A DNA stretch of 64,000 bases from Camelus dromedarius (Eukaryota): assembly GCF_036321535.1 (NCBI RefSeq), contig NC_087445.1:9674001-9738000 (forward strand), given 5' to 3'. Shown here piece after piece: positions 39,883 to 51,250 of the stretch. The notes under the pieces are model-generated. The model was not told where the DNA came from. It saw only the letters and a program-made list of their open reading frames with translations, and searched no databases. Position 1 is the first letter of the stretch, and each line of letters starts with the position of its first letter. Position numbers and translations under genes: made by a program.

Positions 39883-41418
39883 TTTTTTCCAGTTTTATTG
39901 ATACATAATTGACATGTAATATTGTATAAGTTTAAAGTGTACAGCATAATGATATATGTATATATGTGGGTGAAATGATGACCACAGTAAGATTAAGATT
40001 AACATCTGTCACCTCACATCATTAGAAATTTTTTTCTTGTGATAAGAACATTTAAGATTCATTCTCTTACCAACTTGCAAATATATAATACAGATTGTTA
40101 ACTATAGTCACCATGATGTACATTACATCCCCAGAATTTATCTTGTAACTGGAAGTTTATACTTTTTAACCACCTCCACTCATTTGCCTCAGCCCACACC
40201 CCCTGCCTCTGGAAACCACCAATCTGTTCCCTGTTACTTTGAGTTCATTTTTTTAATATTCCATGTATATGTGAGGTCATAACAATATTTATTTTTCTCT
40301 GACTTAGCATAATACTCCCAAGGTGTATTCATGGTGTCACAGGTGGCAGGATTTCCTGAAAAATGGCTGGAAAATGTGCATTATATATGTGTGTAATAAT
40401 ATATATGTTCATCCATCAGTGGACACTTAGGTTGTCTTTATGTCTTGGCTATTGTAAATGATGCCTCAGTGAACATGGGGGTGCAGATACCTCTTTGAGA
40501 TAGAGATGTTATTTATTTCAGATAGCTGCCCAGAAGTGAAATTGCTGGATCATATGGTAGTTTTATTTTTAATTTTTGGAGGAAACTCCATACTGTTTTC
40601 CATAGTGGCTGTAAAAGTTAACATTCTCACCAATAGTGAACAAGGGTTCCCTTTACTCAGCATCTTTGCTGACAGTTGTTACTTATGATCTTTTTGATGA
40701 TAGCCATTCTGACAGGTGTGATACAATATTTCATTGTGATTTTGATTCACATTTCCCCAGTGATTAGTGATGTTGAGCACCTTTTCATGTACCTGTTGGC
40801 CATTTGTATGTCTTCTCTGGAAAAATACCTTTTCTGATCTCTTGCACATTTTTAATTGTATTAGTTGGGTTTCTTTGCTGTTGAGTTGTATGAGTTGTTT
40901 ATTTTGGATATTAACTACCTATCAGATATGTGGCTTGCAAGTGTTTTCTCCAATTCCATAGGCTGCTTTTTCATTTTGTTGATTGTTTCTTTTGCTGTGC
41001 CGAAGCTTATTTGTTTGCTGTAGTGCCACTTATTTATTTTTTATTTTGTTGCTTATGCTTTAGGTACCATAACCTAAAAGTCATTACCAAGGTCACCATT
41101 AAGCAACTTTTCTTCTAGGAGTTTTATGGTTTCAGGCCTTATATTTAAATCTGTAACCCATTTACGGGTAATTTTTGTGAGTGCTATAAGGTAGAGGTCT
41201 AGTTTCATTCTTTTTCATGTGAATATCCAATTTTCTCACCCCTATTTATGAAAGAAACTATCATTTCTTCATAGTGTGTTCTTGGCTCCCTTGTTATATG
41301 TTAGTTGACCATGTATGCATGGGTGTATTTCTCTATCCTTTATTCTATTCCATTGATCTATATGTCTATTTTTATGCCAGTACCATACTTTTTTGATTAC
41401 TGTAACTTTGTACTGTAG
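39883..41418 (-). mobile_element. L1 3' part (L1MA8/9-like)
   Basis: TTTTATTGATACATAATTGACATGTAATATTGTATAAGTTTAAAGTGTACA start, then antisense ORF2 C-terminal motifs (CCATCAGTGGACACTTAGGTTG; ATTGCTGGATCATATGGTAG). Confidence 0.9.
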
Positions 41419-41495
41419 TGCTTAATGATAACATTAATGCAAAATATAACTAACTTCATATACATGAATGAATCCATGTGATTGAAAACAGTAAT

Positions 41496-41634
41496 TTATT
41501 TTTTACATGTATTTTTTAACTTTTTTTTATTGAGTTAAAATCATTTTACAATGTTGTGTCAAATTCCAGTGTAGAGCACAATTTTTCAGTTACACATGAG
41601 CATATATATATTCATTGTCACATTTTTTTCTCTG
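41496..41634 (-). mobile_element. Severely 5'-truncated young L1 (3' terminus only)
   Basis: T-rich tail followed by CATTTTACAATGTTGTGTCAAATTCCAGTGTAGAGCACAATTTTTCAGTTA, also found at ~54910 and ~55744. Perfect TSD TGAAAACAGTAAT (41483-41495, 41635-41647). Confidence 0.93.
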
Positions 41635-41791
41635 TGAAAACAGTAATATATTTCAGAAGAAGACCATCAGCAAAAGAATTGCCTCACAAGGAAATCATAA
41701 GAGAAAAAGTTTTTTGTTTGTGTGTAATCTGGTTCTGAGGAAGTCCTTGGGGCCTCACTTTCCTCATCTTTAATGGGAGAATAGAAACACA

Positions 41792-42018
41792 TCAGTGGTT
41801 TAAATGCTATCTAGCAAAGTCTTACTGATGACTTAGAAGCACCTTAGAGCCCCAAGAGCAGTGAAGTGAACAGTAGCACAAATAGGAGAGGGCTGGCTTC
41901 CTCTTCCATAACTTCACCCAGAGATGTTCTGCTTCTTTTTTGGTTATGAGTTAGATTCAGTGTGAAATTTTGTTTTAAGGAGGCTTCTACTGCTAAATTC
42001 TAAGGTTTGGACACCACT
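41792..42018. mobile_element. Probable hAT-Charlie-type MITE
   Basis: Termini CAGTGGT...ACCACTG form a short inverted repeat like hAT-Charlie TIRs; the interior is decayed. Confidence 0.45.
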
Positions 42019-42171
42019 GGATTTTTAACACCTAAAATACCTTGTGACTCAGATATTTTTCAGTAATTTAATTTACTGAGAGTCCTCAGTGAACAGTAAA
42101 TTAGGCTCAATGAAGTAGAAAGAAATAAAGACAAAGGAGTGGATTTCTTCAAAGAACTTATAACCTTTTCA

Positions 42172-42728
42172 TGACATTAAAAGTAGAGGGTATTTACTTA
42201 TATTTTCATTGAAGGGTATAGAGAGAAGCAATCATCATTTATTGCCTGAAAGAAAAGCTGTATTGTGTTAGCAATCAGTCTTTTCCTAAGAAGAGAGGAA
42301 AAGCAAAGAGCTAATCTTATACAGAGTTTAAAGAAGTGGAACTCTGAAGGATTGGCTGACTTTGAGAAGTGGTAATGTTTAGGGATTGGTTGAACTTCAG
42401 CCGTGCAAGCGTGTTATTAAGTGATCTTTCTGATTGGTTGATGTTTACAAGTCTAGATGGTGGGAAAAGGCTGTTGCTGCTTGACTGGTTCTATGAAGCA
42501 TGCTGCTGAAGGAAGTTGTCATTGATCAAATATGATGGCCTTAAAACTGACTCAGATGGCCAAAAGTGATCAGTCTTTTCTTACTGCTTATGCTATGCTT
42601 ACTTACTGCTATGGCCAAAAGTGATCAGTCTTTTCCTAGGAAGACAAGAACTTACTATTCTCAAGAGAAATAGAAAACATGTATTTCCCTCTCCATTCAG
42701 CAGTGTACCCAAGTCATGTTTCCTCACA
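42172..42728 (-). mobile_element. Probable old LTR with a CCAAT array
   Basis: The minus strand starts TGTGAGGAAAAC (42728), then shows CCAAT x3 (42433-37, 42385-89, 42351-55), TATAAG (42316-21) and AATAAA (42238-43). No TSD was found and the left boundary is uncertain. Confidence 0.55.
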
Positions 42729-43519
42729 CTTTCTCTTTTTATTAAAACCCAAGACTAAAAAGCTAGTAGAATTCTAGCCAAAAGAGAAGTACATTTAATG
42801 TATGAATTGAGAAAAGGAGTTAGTGTGGTGCTGGTCAGCAGATTATTTTTCTTTCTCAGATATGGGGGCTATGAATGGAGCAGTCCAAGGAAAAAAGAGG
42901 TCATGCCAATAAGAATGATCACATTTTTCTAAAAATAATCAATTTGAAAACATGATATAGCTTTGGTGCTTGTCATAATATAAAGCTTTGGTTGTGAGTG
43001 TCAGAAATGTTCAAAGAAAGAAAAATAACATGGAAAGGATAATAAAACTGAGATTTTATTCTGGATATTATAGCAGTTTTAACAATGGCCCAACCATGTT
43101 GGGGAAATAAATTAAGAATTACATTGCCTCACCATAACCTCAAAATGGCTTTAGGGCATAGATAAAAATGTAAAAGTGCATAGCATTCATTAGTAATTCA
43201 TTAGGGAGTGGAGATATCTTTAGAGAAATTAATGATATTGAATTTCATCATGTGGGTCTAGTTAACCAAATGTTACTGATGTCACTTTTGATTCCTTCAC
43301 AGAGGATTCCAGAGTCTTGATTTATTGACTAACACATTCCTATTACAATTTGTTTGTCTAGCAAAGTAGATAATTCCCTTCAAGACCAGTTCACAAGAAA
43401 TAACTTTTAGGCTATGTTTGTTTTGTTTTGTTTTGTGTTAGTGTTTTTGAAACCATTCCTTGCTATTTGTATGATATAGGACTCTTTATTATTTTGGTAA
43501 ATCAAAAGGTCTGCCAGAA

Positions 43520-43521
<2 letters not shown>

Positions 43522-43557
<36 letters not shown>

Positions 43558-43626
43558 TACATACAAATATATATGTGTCTCTCTCTATATATATGCACAC
43601 ATATATGTTTTCTATATATATATATG
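43522..43626. repeat. (CA)14 microsatellite followed by TA-rich compound repeat
   Basis: Perfect CA run at 43522-43549, then interrupted TA/CA units. Confidence 0.95.
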
Positions 43627-43939
43627 TGAAGAAAAATTTGCTTAGAAAAGACAGGTTTTCTGGAGTTATGTATTTATTTTACAGGTTTTACCAGTTTGGG
43701 ACACCTCAAATATTACACCAAACCTATCTATATATGTTCTTCTAGTTTTCTAATAAATTTTAACTTTTTTTATTACATGATATTATGCACCTTTCATATA
43801 TAAAAGGTTCTATAATAATTATTTTATTGTCTCCATTATAATTATAAAATAAGATTAGACTTGTTTTCTTATTATAAAAATATGATAATTATAAATCAAT
43901 AAAGTGAGCAAATACATATTTATATTAAAGGGAACCACT

Positions 43940-44150
43940 GAAGCAAGGTACTTAATCATATGAGCTCTGCAGTCAGGCTACTTGGCTTAAAATCTCAGCT
44001 TCACACTCATTTGCTGTAATGTATTGAACAAGTCACTTTGTATTTCTAAACGTTTGTTTCCTCAATTATACAATAAAGATGATGCATGTTAAATGGGAAG
44101 ATTAATGTAAAACTCTTACAAACCAGTTGAACATAGCAAGCAATCGATAA
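43940..44150 (+). mobile_element. MIR SINE
   Basis: GCTCTGCAGTCAGG...AATCTCAGCTTCACACTCATTTGCTGT...ACAAGTCACTT...TGTTTCCTCA. Confidence 0.7.
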
Positions 44151-44326
44151 ATCATGTCTGGTTTAAAAAAAACCATAAAGATACAATTGAGTTTACTCAC
44201 AATTTAATTAAACAAAAATTAAAATAATAATGAACTGTAGTTTTCCACCTATCCACTGGGCAGCAACCTAGAAGACTGAGAAGTGTGCTGGGAGGAAACC
44301 ATCATACATTGTTGGTGAGAGTATGA

Positions 44327-44478
44327 GGGGGTGGGTGTGGCTCAAGTGGCTCAAGTGGTAGAGCGCCTGCTTGGCATGCATGAGGTCCTGGGTTCAATCC
44401 CCAAAACCTCCTCCAAGGATAAATAAATAAACAAATCTAATTACCTAGTCCCACCAAAAAAAAAAAAAAAAAAGGAAA
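44327..44478 (+). mobile_element. tRNA-Ala-derived camelid-type SINE inserted in an old L1 fragment
   Basis: GTGGCTCAAGTGGTAGAGCGCCTGCTTGGCATGCATGAGGTCCTGGGTTCAATCCCC head, then AAATAAATAAACAAATCTAATTACC and poly(A). Degenerate TSD GAGAGTATGA / AAAAGTATAA. Confidence 0.9.
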
Positions 44479-45479
44479 AAAGTATAAATTGGTTGAATGC
44501 AATATAATTCATTCTGCACAAACAGCAGAAAATAATTTATTGAGAGTTTACTGGATATCTCACTAAATTGCTGAAAATGTTGATAGTAGTTTAAAGGCCA
44601 CTCAAGATCAGAACCATGAGCAGAACATGCCATGGATTTACCCTCACAAGGACATCACTGCTCAGATCTCTGAGCACTGGATTCAGCTGCCTCCACATTA
44701 GGGACACTAGACATTTCATCTCTGTTCGAATTGTGACAGCACTGCCAACCAAACTGGATGGGCATAATGTTGTCCTGTAGCCTGCCTGTTGCTATGACTT
44801 CCATTTTTTCAGTATTCCCTGCCTTTTTGCTTTACTCATTCCTACTTCAAAGCCCAGGATAGATCACAAAGCCTCATTCTAGTCTCATGGGAAGCTCAAA
44901 AGTGAACATTGATTTCCTTGAATGGGAGTTTCATTAAGTTGCACCAAACATTGACTATCATCCTCCTCGCCTCGGCAAATTTGCTTATTTTTAAGCAACA
45001 GAGAGCAGACAGGCCAAGAAGAAAGGAGAAGCCTAGGGCTTTAGTGGTATCATAGGGCTAGAACACAACTGTGAAGTTCAGGGTTTCAGAGAAAAGCTAA
45101 AGCTGAGGGTTCCAGGTTCAGAAGAAGAGAAAAGAGAACAACAAAGAAGGTAGCTCAATATTCTATACCTCCTATCTCTCAAGGCATTTTCTTTTTCTTT
45201 TCTTTTTTTTTTCTCTTTTTATTTGCAGGGACCAAGATACAGGAAGGCAAACATAAACATGAAGCTAAGAGTCCTGAAAACTAAGCAGAATCTTTTTTGT
45301 CTTACAGTATTTGAGTTTTAAAAGATAGAGTACAGGGCATGCCTAGATGCGTAACTAGTAAATATTCCAGGTTTGTTGTTGAGTTCCCTAAAAAGCTATG
45401 TAATTCAAAAACAAAAAAACAAAGAACAAAACATTCAGACCTATAAAGTCTGAATCCCAGAATCGAGTACACATATTAC

Positions 45480-46190
45480 AATTGTCACATGAAAATAAAG
45501 TCCTTTCTAGAGGAAGATAAAAGCTACATGTCTAATTTTTTTTTCTTATACAGTGACTACTATTACATCTAAAACTACCAGACACATCTAAATACAGTAC
45601 TAAATTATTTAAAACCAACACAAAAAATTCAACCTACCATCCACATATGATTAAGACTTTGGAGTTAAAAACGTTAAGACAACTGTAACTAATTATACCT
45701 AACAAGATGAAACTTTCGTAGAAGAATTCAAGCAGAGGAAATAATAATTTGGATAATCAAAAAATAAGAAAATAAAATAGAGTAATTACTAACTCAGTAA
45801 ATGGTTTTAACAGCAGAGTGAATGAGCAAAAAGAATCAGTAAATTATAATAAAAGGTCAGTACAATCTGAAGGGAAAATGAATGGATTGAAAAAAGAGCA
45901 TAAGAAACATTTGAGACCCAAATGAAAGTGTCAGTTATCCTAACTGAAGTATTGGGAGAGAAGACAGAGTGGAGTGAGTCAGGGCAAAGGGAAGAAAGTT
46001 ATCCAGGATTCATTAGTACCTACAACCCCAAATAGGATGAATACCAAGAAAACCATGCCTAGGAAAATCATTTTAAATTACTAAAAAAATCAGAAGATAA
46101 CATCTGGAAAGCAGCCAGAGAAAAAATAACTTTACCTTCAAATGGACAATAAGTTTAACAGATATATTTTCACAAGAAACACCTGAAGTT
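45480..46190 (+). mobile_element. Old L1/HAL1 ORF1 remnant
   Basis: AATGGTTTTAACAGCAGA, CCCAAATAGGATGAATACCAAGAAAACCATGCCTAGG and AAAGCAGCCAGAGAAAAA (ORF1p P.R...K...PR.I and KAAREK-like). Confidence 0.65.
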
Positions 46191-46310
46191 ATTATATCCT
46201 TGTTATATTTCATTTAGAATCAGCTTATTAGGTATGAATTACCATATTCCTTAAGGTTTATTTATTTAAGGCAATACCATATGTATTTAAGGTAACATTT
46301 CTTTTAGCAG

Positions 46311-46730
46311 TGTCTTGGTCTTGAGGTGCAATCCATTAATCCCTCTTCAGAAATAAATATGTTGTTAGCCCAGCTGATGCAGCTGCTGCCTGCATCCAGC
46401 ACTCAGCTGTCCTCCCTTATGATCACTAAGGTGATGACCCCATCCCTGATTGGTCTTCACCCAGTGATTGCTCAGCGCATGAGTGGAAATACCCTGCTTT
46501 CTCATCCCATCTTGGCGCAGCTTTGCTGGGTCATCTCCTCTCAGTACTGCCTGCAGAGATGGCAGAGTGGTTCTGCTGAAATTGCCTTGAAGCTTGACTT
46601 CTTCCTCTGACTGATTCGCCCCTCTTCTTCCTCATCCACAGCCACTGACCCCAGGAGACCTTCTTAACAAACTTCCTCCTCTCTGCTTTCTGCTTCAGAG
46701 TCTACTGCTCAAAGAAACCATCCTGGGACA
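46311..46730 (+). mobile_element. LTR16-family (ERVL) solo LTR
   Basis: TG...CA ends, with a 3' portion CAGCTTGACTTC-like, CCACTGACCCCAGGAGACC...TTCAGAGTCTACTGCTCAAAGAAACCATCCTGGGACA resembling LTR16 U5. Confidence 0.75.
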
Positions 46731-47664
46731 GGTAAGTTCCATGTTTTTTTTCTTTCCTCTAATTGGGGCAGAACTTTTTTCGGTTCATTTGAAATAAAGT
46801 TTGCTTTATGTTTCCTCTCTCCAGCTATTTATGATATTTGTGTAGAAACTGGAATAACATTTCTATAGCAAGGTGATAATGTTAAGACAAAAAGGAATGA
46901 AAGAAAGTATTAGAGGAACAAAGATAAAAGCTGCAAATTGGAATCTGCTCACCTGTCTCAGCCTGGTGCAGGTGCACGTCATTTGGTGAAAAAGGAAAGG
47001 GAGTTGATGTTAGAGTATCTGCATGAACGCTTTCAGGAGCTTTGACTGTCACTGAGGAATGCTGTATTTGAACTTTTGAAAGTTCAGAAATAACAGGAGA
47101 AAACCAGTGAATCACCAAGAAGTAGCAATTAATAAGGTCTATTGTGCAAAAAGATGGTTTGTGAACCAGGCGTGCTCGAAACAACATGCAGTGAGGCTCA
47201 GAGGTATATGATTATAAAGCAGCTTATGAGGATGCATGACTGTTCTTTCACAGTGATTGGTTATAATATTAGGACTTTCTTAAATGATATGAAATTAGTT
47301 AGTAGTTATATCACTTCTAGAAAACAGTTTTAAGTTTTGCTTATGATTTCTAAATGCACAAACAGAAAGTGACCCAGGTCAAGTTAATCTTGCAAAAGAA
47401 GCTAAATTAAGCTTTGCTTCTATGACTAAAGTGGTTTTATCTGCTCCAGGAATTTTTTTTAAGACTGGTCTCCATTTGTTTTTGATTTTAACATGCTACT
47501 GATGTCACAGGCATTGAGCAAGTTAAGAAACACCTCTAAGTATTTTAGAATGTGTTTACCTTTAATAGTGGTGCTGGCATGATTTTTTCTTCTTTAGTTA
47601 GCATTTGAGAAATACAATGTTAAATATTTTTTTCAGTGAATTATGTATTACTTGACTTTTAAAT

Positions 47665-49465
47665 CTTTTTTTGAGATATAATCCACATACCATACAATTC
47701 ACACATTTGAAGCTTGCAATTCAATTTTTTTTAGTATATTCATAGGTATGTGCAACTACCTATATACAGTCAATTAGAAAACATTTTCATCTCCTCCAAA
47801 AGAAATGCCGTACCTTGTGACTAGCCTTTTATCCCTTCAACTTCTACATCCATCCCTAAACAATTACCTGTCTTTCACTATCTATACATTTTTCTGTTTT
47901 AGTCATTTTATGTGAATGCAATCATATAAAAGGTGGTATTTTTTGACTTAACTACTTTAACTTACCACATGTTCTCAAGATACATCTTGAATGTATCAGT
48001 ACTTCACTGCTTTAATGTCTGAATATTCTGTTGTATGGGCATGCCATAAGTTGTTGATTCATTCTGCCATTGATGGGTATATGAACTGTTTCCACCTTTT
48101 TGGTTATATGTAGAATACTGTTATTAATATTCATGTACAAGTTTTTGTGTGGACAAAAGTATTCATTTCTCTTGGGTATATACATAGAAGTAGAATTAGT
48201 GGGTCATATGGAAACTCCACCTTTAATCATTAAAAAAACTACTAGAGAGTTTTTCAAAGTGGCTGGAATATTGTACATTCCCACCAGCAGCAAATCAATA
48301 TTCCAGTTTCTCTGTTTTCTCACCAGCGCTTATTGTTATTTTCCTGTAAGACTCTAACCATCCTAATGGGTAGAAAGTAGTATCTCATTGTGTTCTGGGT
48401 TTGTACTTCCATGATGACTGAGGATGTCAAACATCTTTTCATGTGCTTACTGGCCATTTGTATTCTTCATGGAAGAAATATCTACTCATGTCTTTTGCTC
48501 TTCTTTCAATTGGGTTGTTTGTGTTTTTATTACTGATTTGTAAAAGTTCTTTATATATTCTAAATACAAGTCCCTTATAAGATGTATGACTTGCAAATAT
48601 GTTTCCTATTCTGTTTTTACTTTTCACTTTCTTGATTGTATCTTTGAAGCAGTTACTTTTTAATATTGATCGAATTTTTTGTTGTTACTGTCCATGTTTT
48701 TGTGTCATTTCTAAGAATCCTTTGCCAAATCTAAGGTAAAAGATATTTGCCATTATGCTTTCTTTTAAGGGTTTTATAGCTTTAGCTTCTACGTTTAAGT
48801 CTGTGGTCAATTTTGACTTAATTTTTACCCCAGGTGTAAGGTAAGGGAACGATTTGATTTTTTGCAAGCAGCTATTTATCTGTCCCAACATCATTTGTTG
48901 AAAAGAATCTTCTTTTCTCTTTGGATGGTCTTGGCATGTTGTAGAAAATTATTTGGCCATATGTTAGTTAGTGTTTTGGATTTTCAGTTCTGTTTCATTG
49001 ATTTTTATCTATGTTTCTATGACAGCACACTTTTTTGATTACCATTGCTTTGTAGTAAGCTTTGAAATGAGGAAGTGTGAAGTCTTACACTGTGTTTTGT
49101 TTTTCAAGATTGTTTTGGATATTCTGGGTCCCTTATAATTTGACATGAATTTTAGAATCAGCTCATCCACTCCTATGATAAAGTCAGCTGACATTGTAAT
49201 GAGGAATGTGTTAAACCTGTAGCTAAGTTTGGGAAGTATTGCCATTTTAACAAGGTTAAGTGTTTCAATCATGGGCACAGATTGGTTTCCCAGTTATTTA
49301 TATGTGGCTTAATTTCTGTCAATATTTTGGACTTTTTCAAATTATAAAAGTTTTTACTTCCTTTGATAAATGTATACCTAGTGGGGTTTTTTTTTATGTT
49401 ACTGTGAAAGGGATGTTTTTCTTAATTCCATTTTAAGAATATTCACTGCAAGTCTGTAGAAAGAT
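47665..49465 (-). mobile_element. L1 3' part (L1MB-like)
   Basis: The minus-strand ORFs at 48439-48627, 48685-48894 and 49039-49278 are decayed L1 ORF2 (IFASHTSYKGLVFRIYKEL; NLVKMAILPKLSYRFN). Confidence 0.92.
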
Positions 49466-49719
49466 TATACAAATGTATAGAAAAATTATGTGAGATGATT
49501 ATTTTTGCCTGATTAAATATTTTGTATGAGGCAGACAGACAAAGTCATCAGTATTTTGGGTAATGTATACCTTTTCTTGAGAAAAAGAATGAAACCAGAG
49601 TGGACAAAATAAGACTTTAAAGCTGGACGAGATACTGGTTAAAAATATCTTTACAGAGAAATATGAATTTAATGATTAGAAGATGCTTTGTGAAATGCAT
49701 TAAATATATTTTCTACTTA

Positions 49720-51250
49720 TTTCTTTGCTCATTCACTCAAAGTATTTAAATATTGACTAGATGGCATAATTGTAATGGTCACCAGGAATACAGTTGTGAG
49801 CCAGTTTTCTGCCCTCATGTCCACACGTGTTTAATTTTCTTTATCATTTACTAGATTATAAACTGTGTGAGGTCAGTGATTGTCTTGTTCATTCTTGCAT
49901 AATAAGCACAACTAAGAGTAAATGCTAATGCATAGGAGCAGCATGTAACCGTGATAAGGAGCTTTGGGTAAGAATTTACCTTGAATCTGAAAACTTAAGA
50001 ATAAGTGTGGTAGGCAAGATAATGGGTCCCTAAAGATGTCTCACCCTAATCCTGGGACTCTATGTTGGTGTCATCTTACATGGAAAAGGGAGTTTTCAGA
50101 TACGATTAAGCAATTTGAAACTGAAAGATTAGCCTGGACTATTTGGGTGGGCCTAGCTCATTACAAAGGCTCTAAGAAGTAAAAGAGGGAAGCAGGTGAT
50201 TCAGTGTCAGAATGAAGTGATGTGAAAAAGGCTGGAGCAGCCATTTCTGCTTTGATGATAGCGTGACAAGCTCAGGACTGCAGGCAGTCCCAGGAAGCTC
50301 CAAGGAGGCAGGGGAATGGATTCTGTCCCGCAGCCTTCAACAGCGGTTTAGCCCTGCCGACAGCATGAGTGTAACCCTGTTAGACCCTTTTCAGACTTCT
50401 GCCATGCAGAGCCATAAATCAAAAAGTTTGTATCATTTAAACCACTAGGTTATAGACAATTATTTTTTTTGCAGTAGAAATAGAAAAGCAATACAATAAA
50501 TAAGGGACAAGAAGGTCTTGCACTGGTAGGGAAGTTGTCATATGTCAAAGAATACAGAGAAAGAACTTGCCATATTCCAGTTATAAAAGTAGTGAAAGAC
50601 AGTTGGAGCATGTAATTTAAGTCAGGACAAGAAGTAAATTGAAAGCCGAAACTAGATTACAAAGAATATTGCAAATCTTGTAAGGAACTAAACATTTATT
50701 AATGACAAGGAGAGCTTTTGAAAGCATTTAAAACAGGAGATAACTTGATCTAATTTTTGTTTGAGGAAGGTCATTCTGAATCCATTGTGGCTTCATAGTA
50801 GGCAGACTTAACATTGAGCTGTTATCATTCAGTCCACAAGTGTTAATGACCAAAACTAGGATAGTTGCTCTTGTCATAAAGAGGATGAGAAAGATTAATG
50901 CAATAAGTGGGAGTTAGAATTAACTAAATGGTGATAGACAGAGAAGTCAATGTTGATATCATGATTTCCTCCTTGGGTAAATGGGTGGGCAGTAGAATTG
51001 TTGAATGGTGTATTAATGCTGAATGAATAGGTTTAGGAGAACAGAAGTTCAATGATGGAAATATCAATTAATAGATTATTCCCAGTTGAAAAATCAGTTG
51101 GCTTTATGGTTCTGAATAACAGATGAAGATTCAGGGTTGAATACATATAAGGTAATTGAAGTGGTGAAGAAAATGTTTGTATACTTTTCCCAAAAGACAG
51201 CAAAAAAGAGATGGATCTAGGACATTACCCTGGGAATGCTAACATTTAAG
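49720..51250 (-). mobile_element. Antisense L2 fragments interrupted by MLT1D
   Basis: CATTCACTCAAAGTATTTA...TCTGCCCTCATG; GGAGAGCTTTTGAAAGCATTTAAAACAGGAGATAAC; CCCTGGGAATGCTAACATTTAAG. Confidence 0.6.
50006..50495 (+). mobile_element. MaLR LTR (MLT1D/C-like)
   Basis: TGTGGTAGGCAAGATAATGG...CTAAAGATGTC...CCTAATCC start and AGAAAAGCAATACA end. The 5-bp TSD ATAAG/ATAAA matches at 4 of 5. Confidence 0.9.

Noticed and set aside
44330..44414. tRNA-Ala with an unusual GGC anticodon
   Set aside because: SINE head with a point change, a duplicated A-box and a broken acceptor stem, followed by poly(A). It is not a functional tRNA.
44659..44676. TGCTCAGA-TC-TCTGAGCA hairpin
   Set aside because: 8-bp arms in decayed repeat-like context, within chance expectation; too short for a pre-miRNA.
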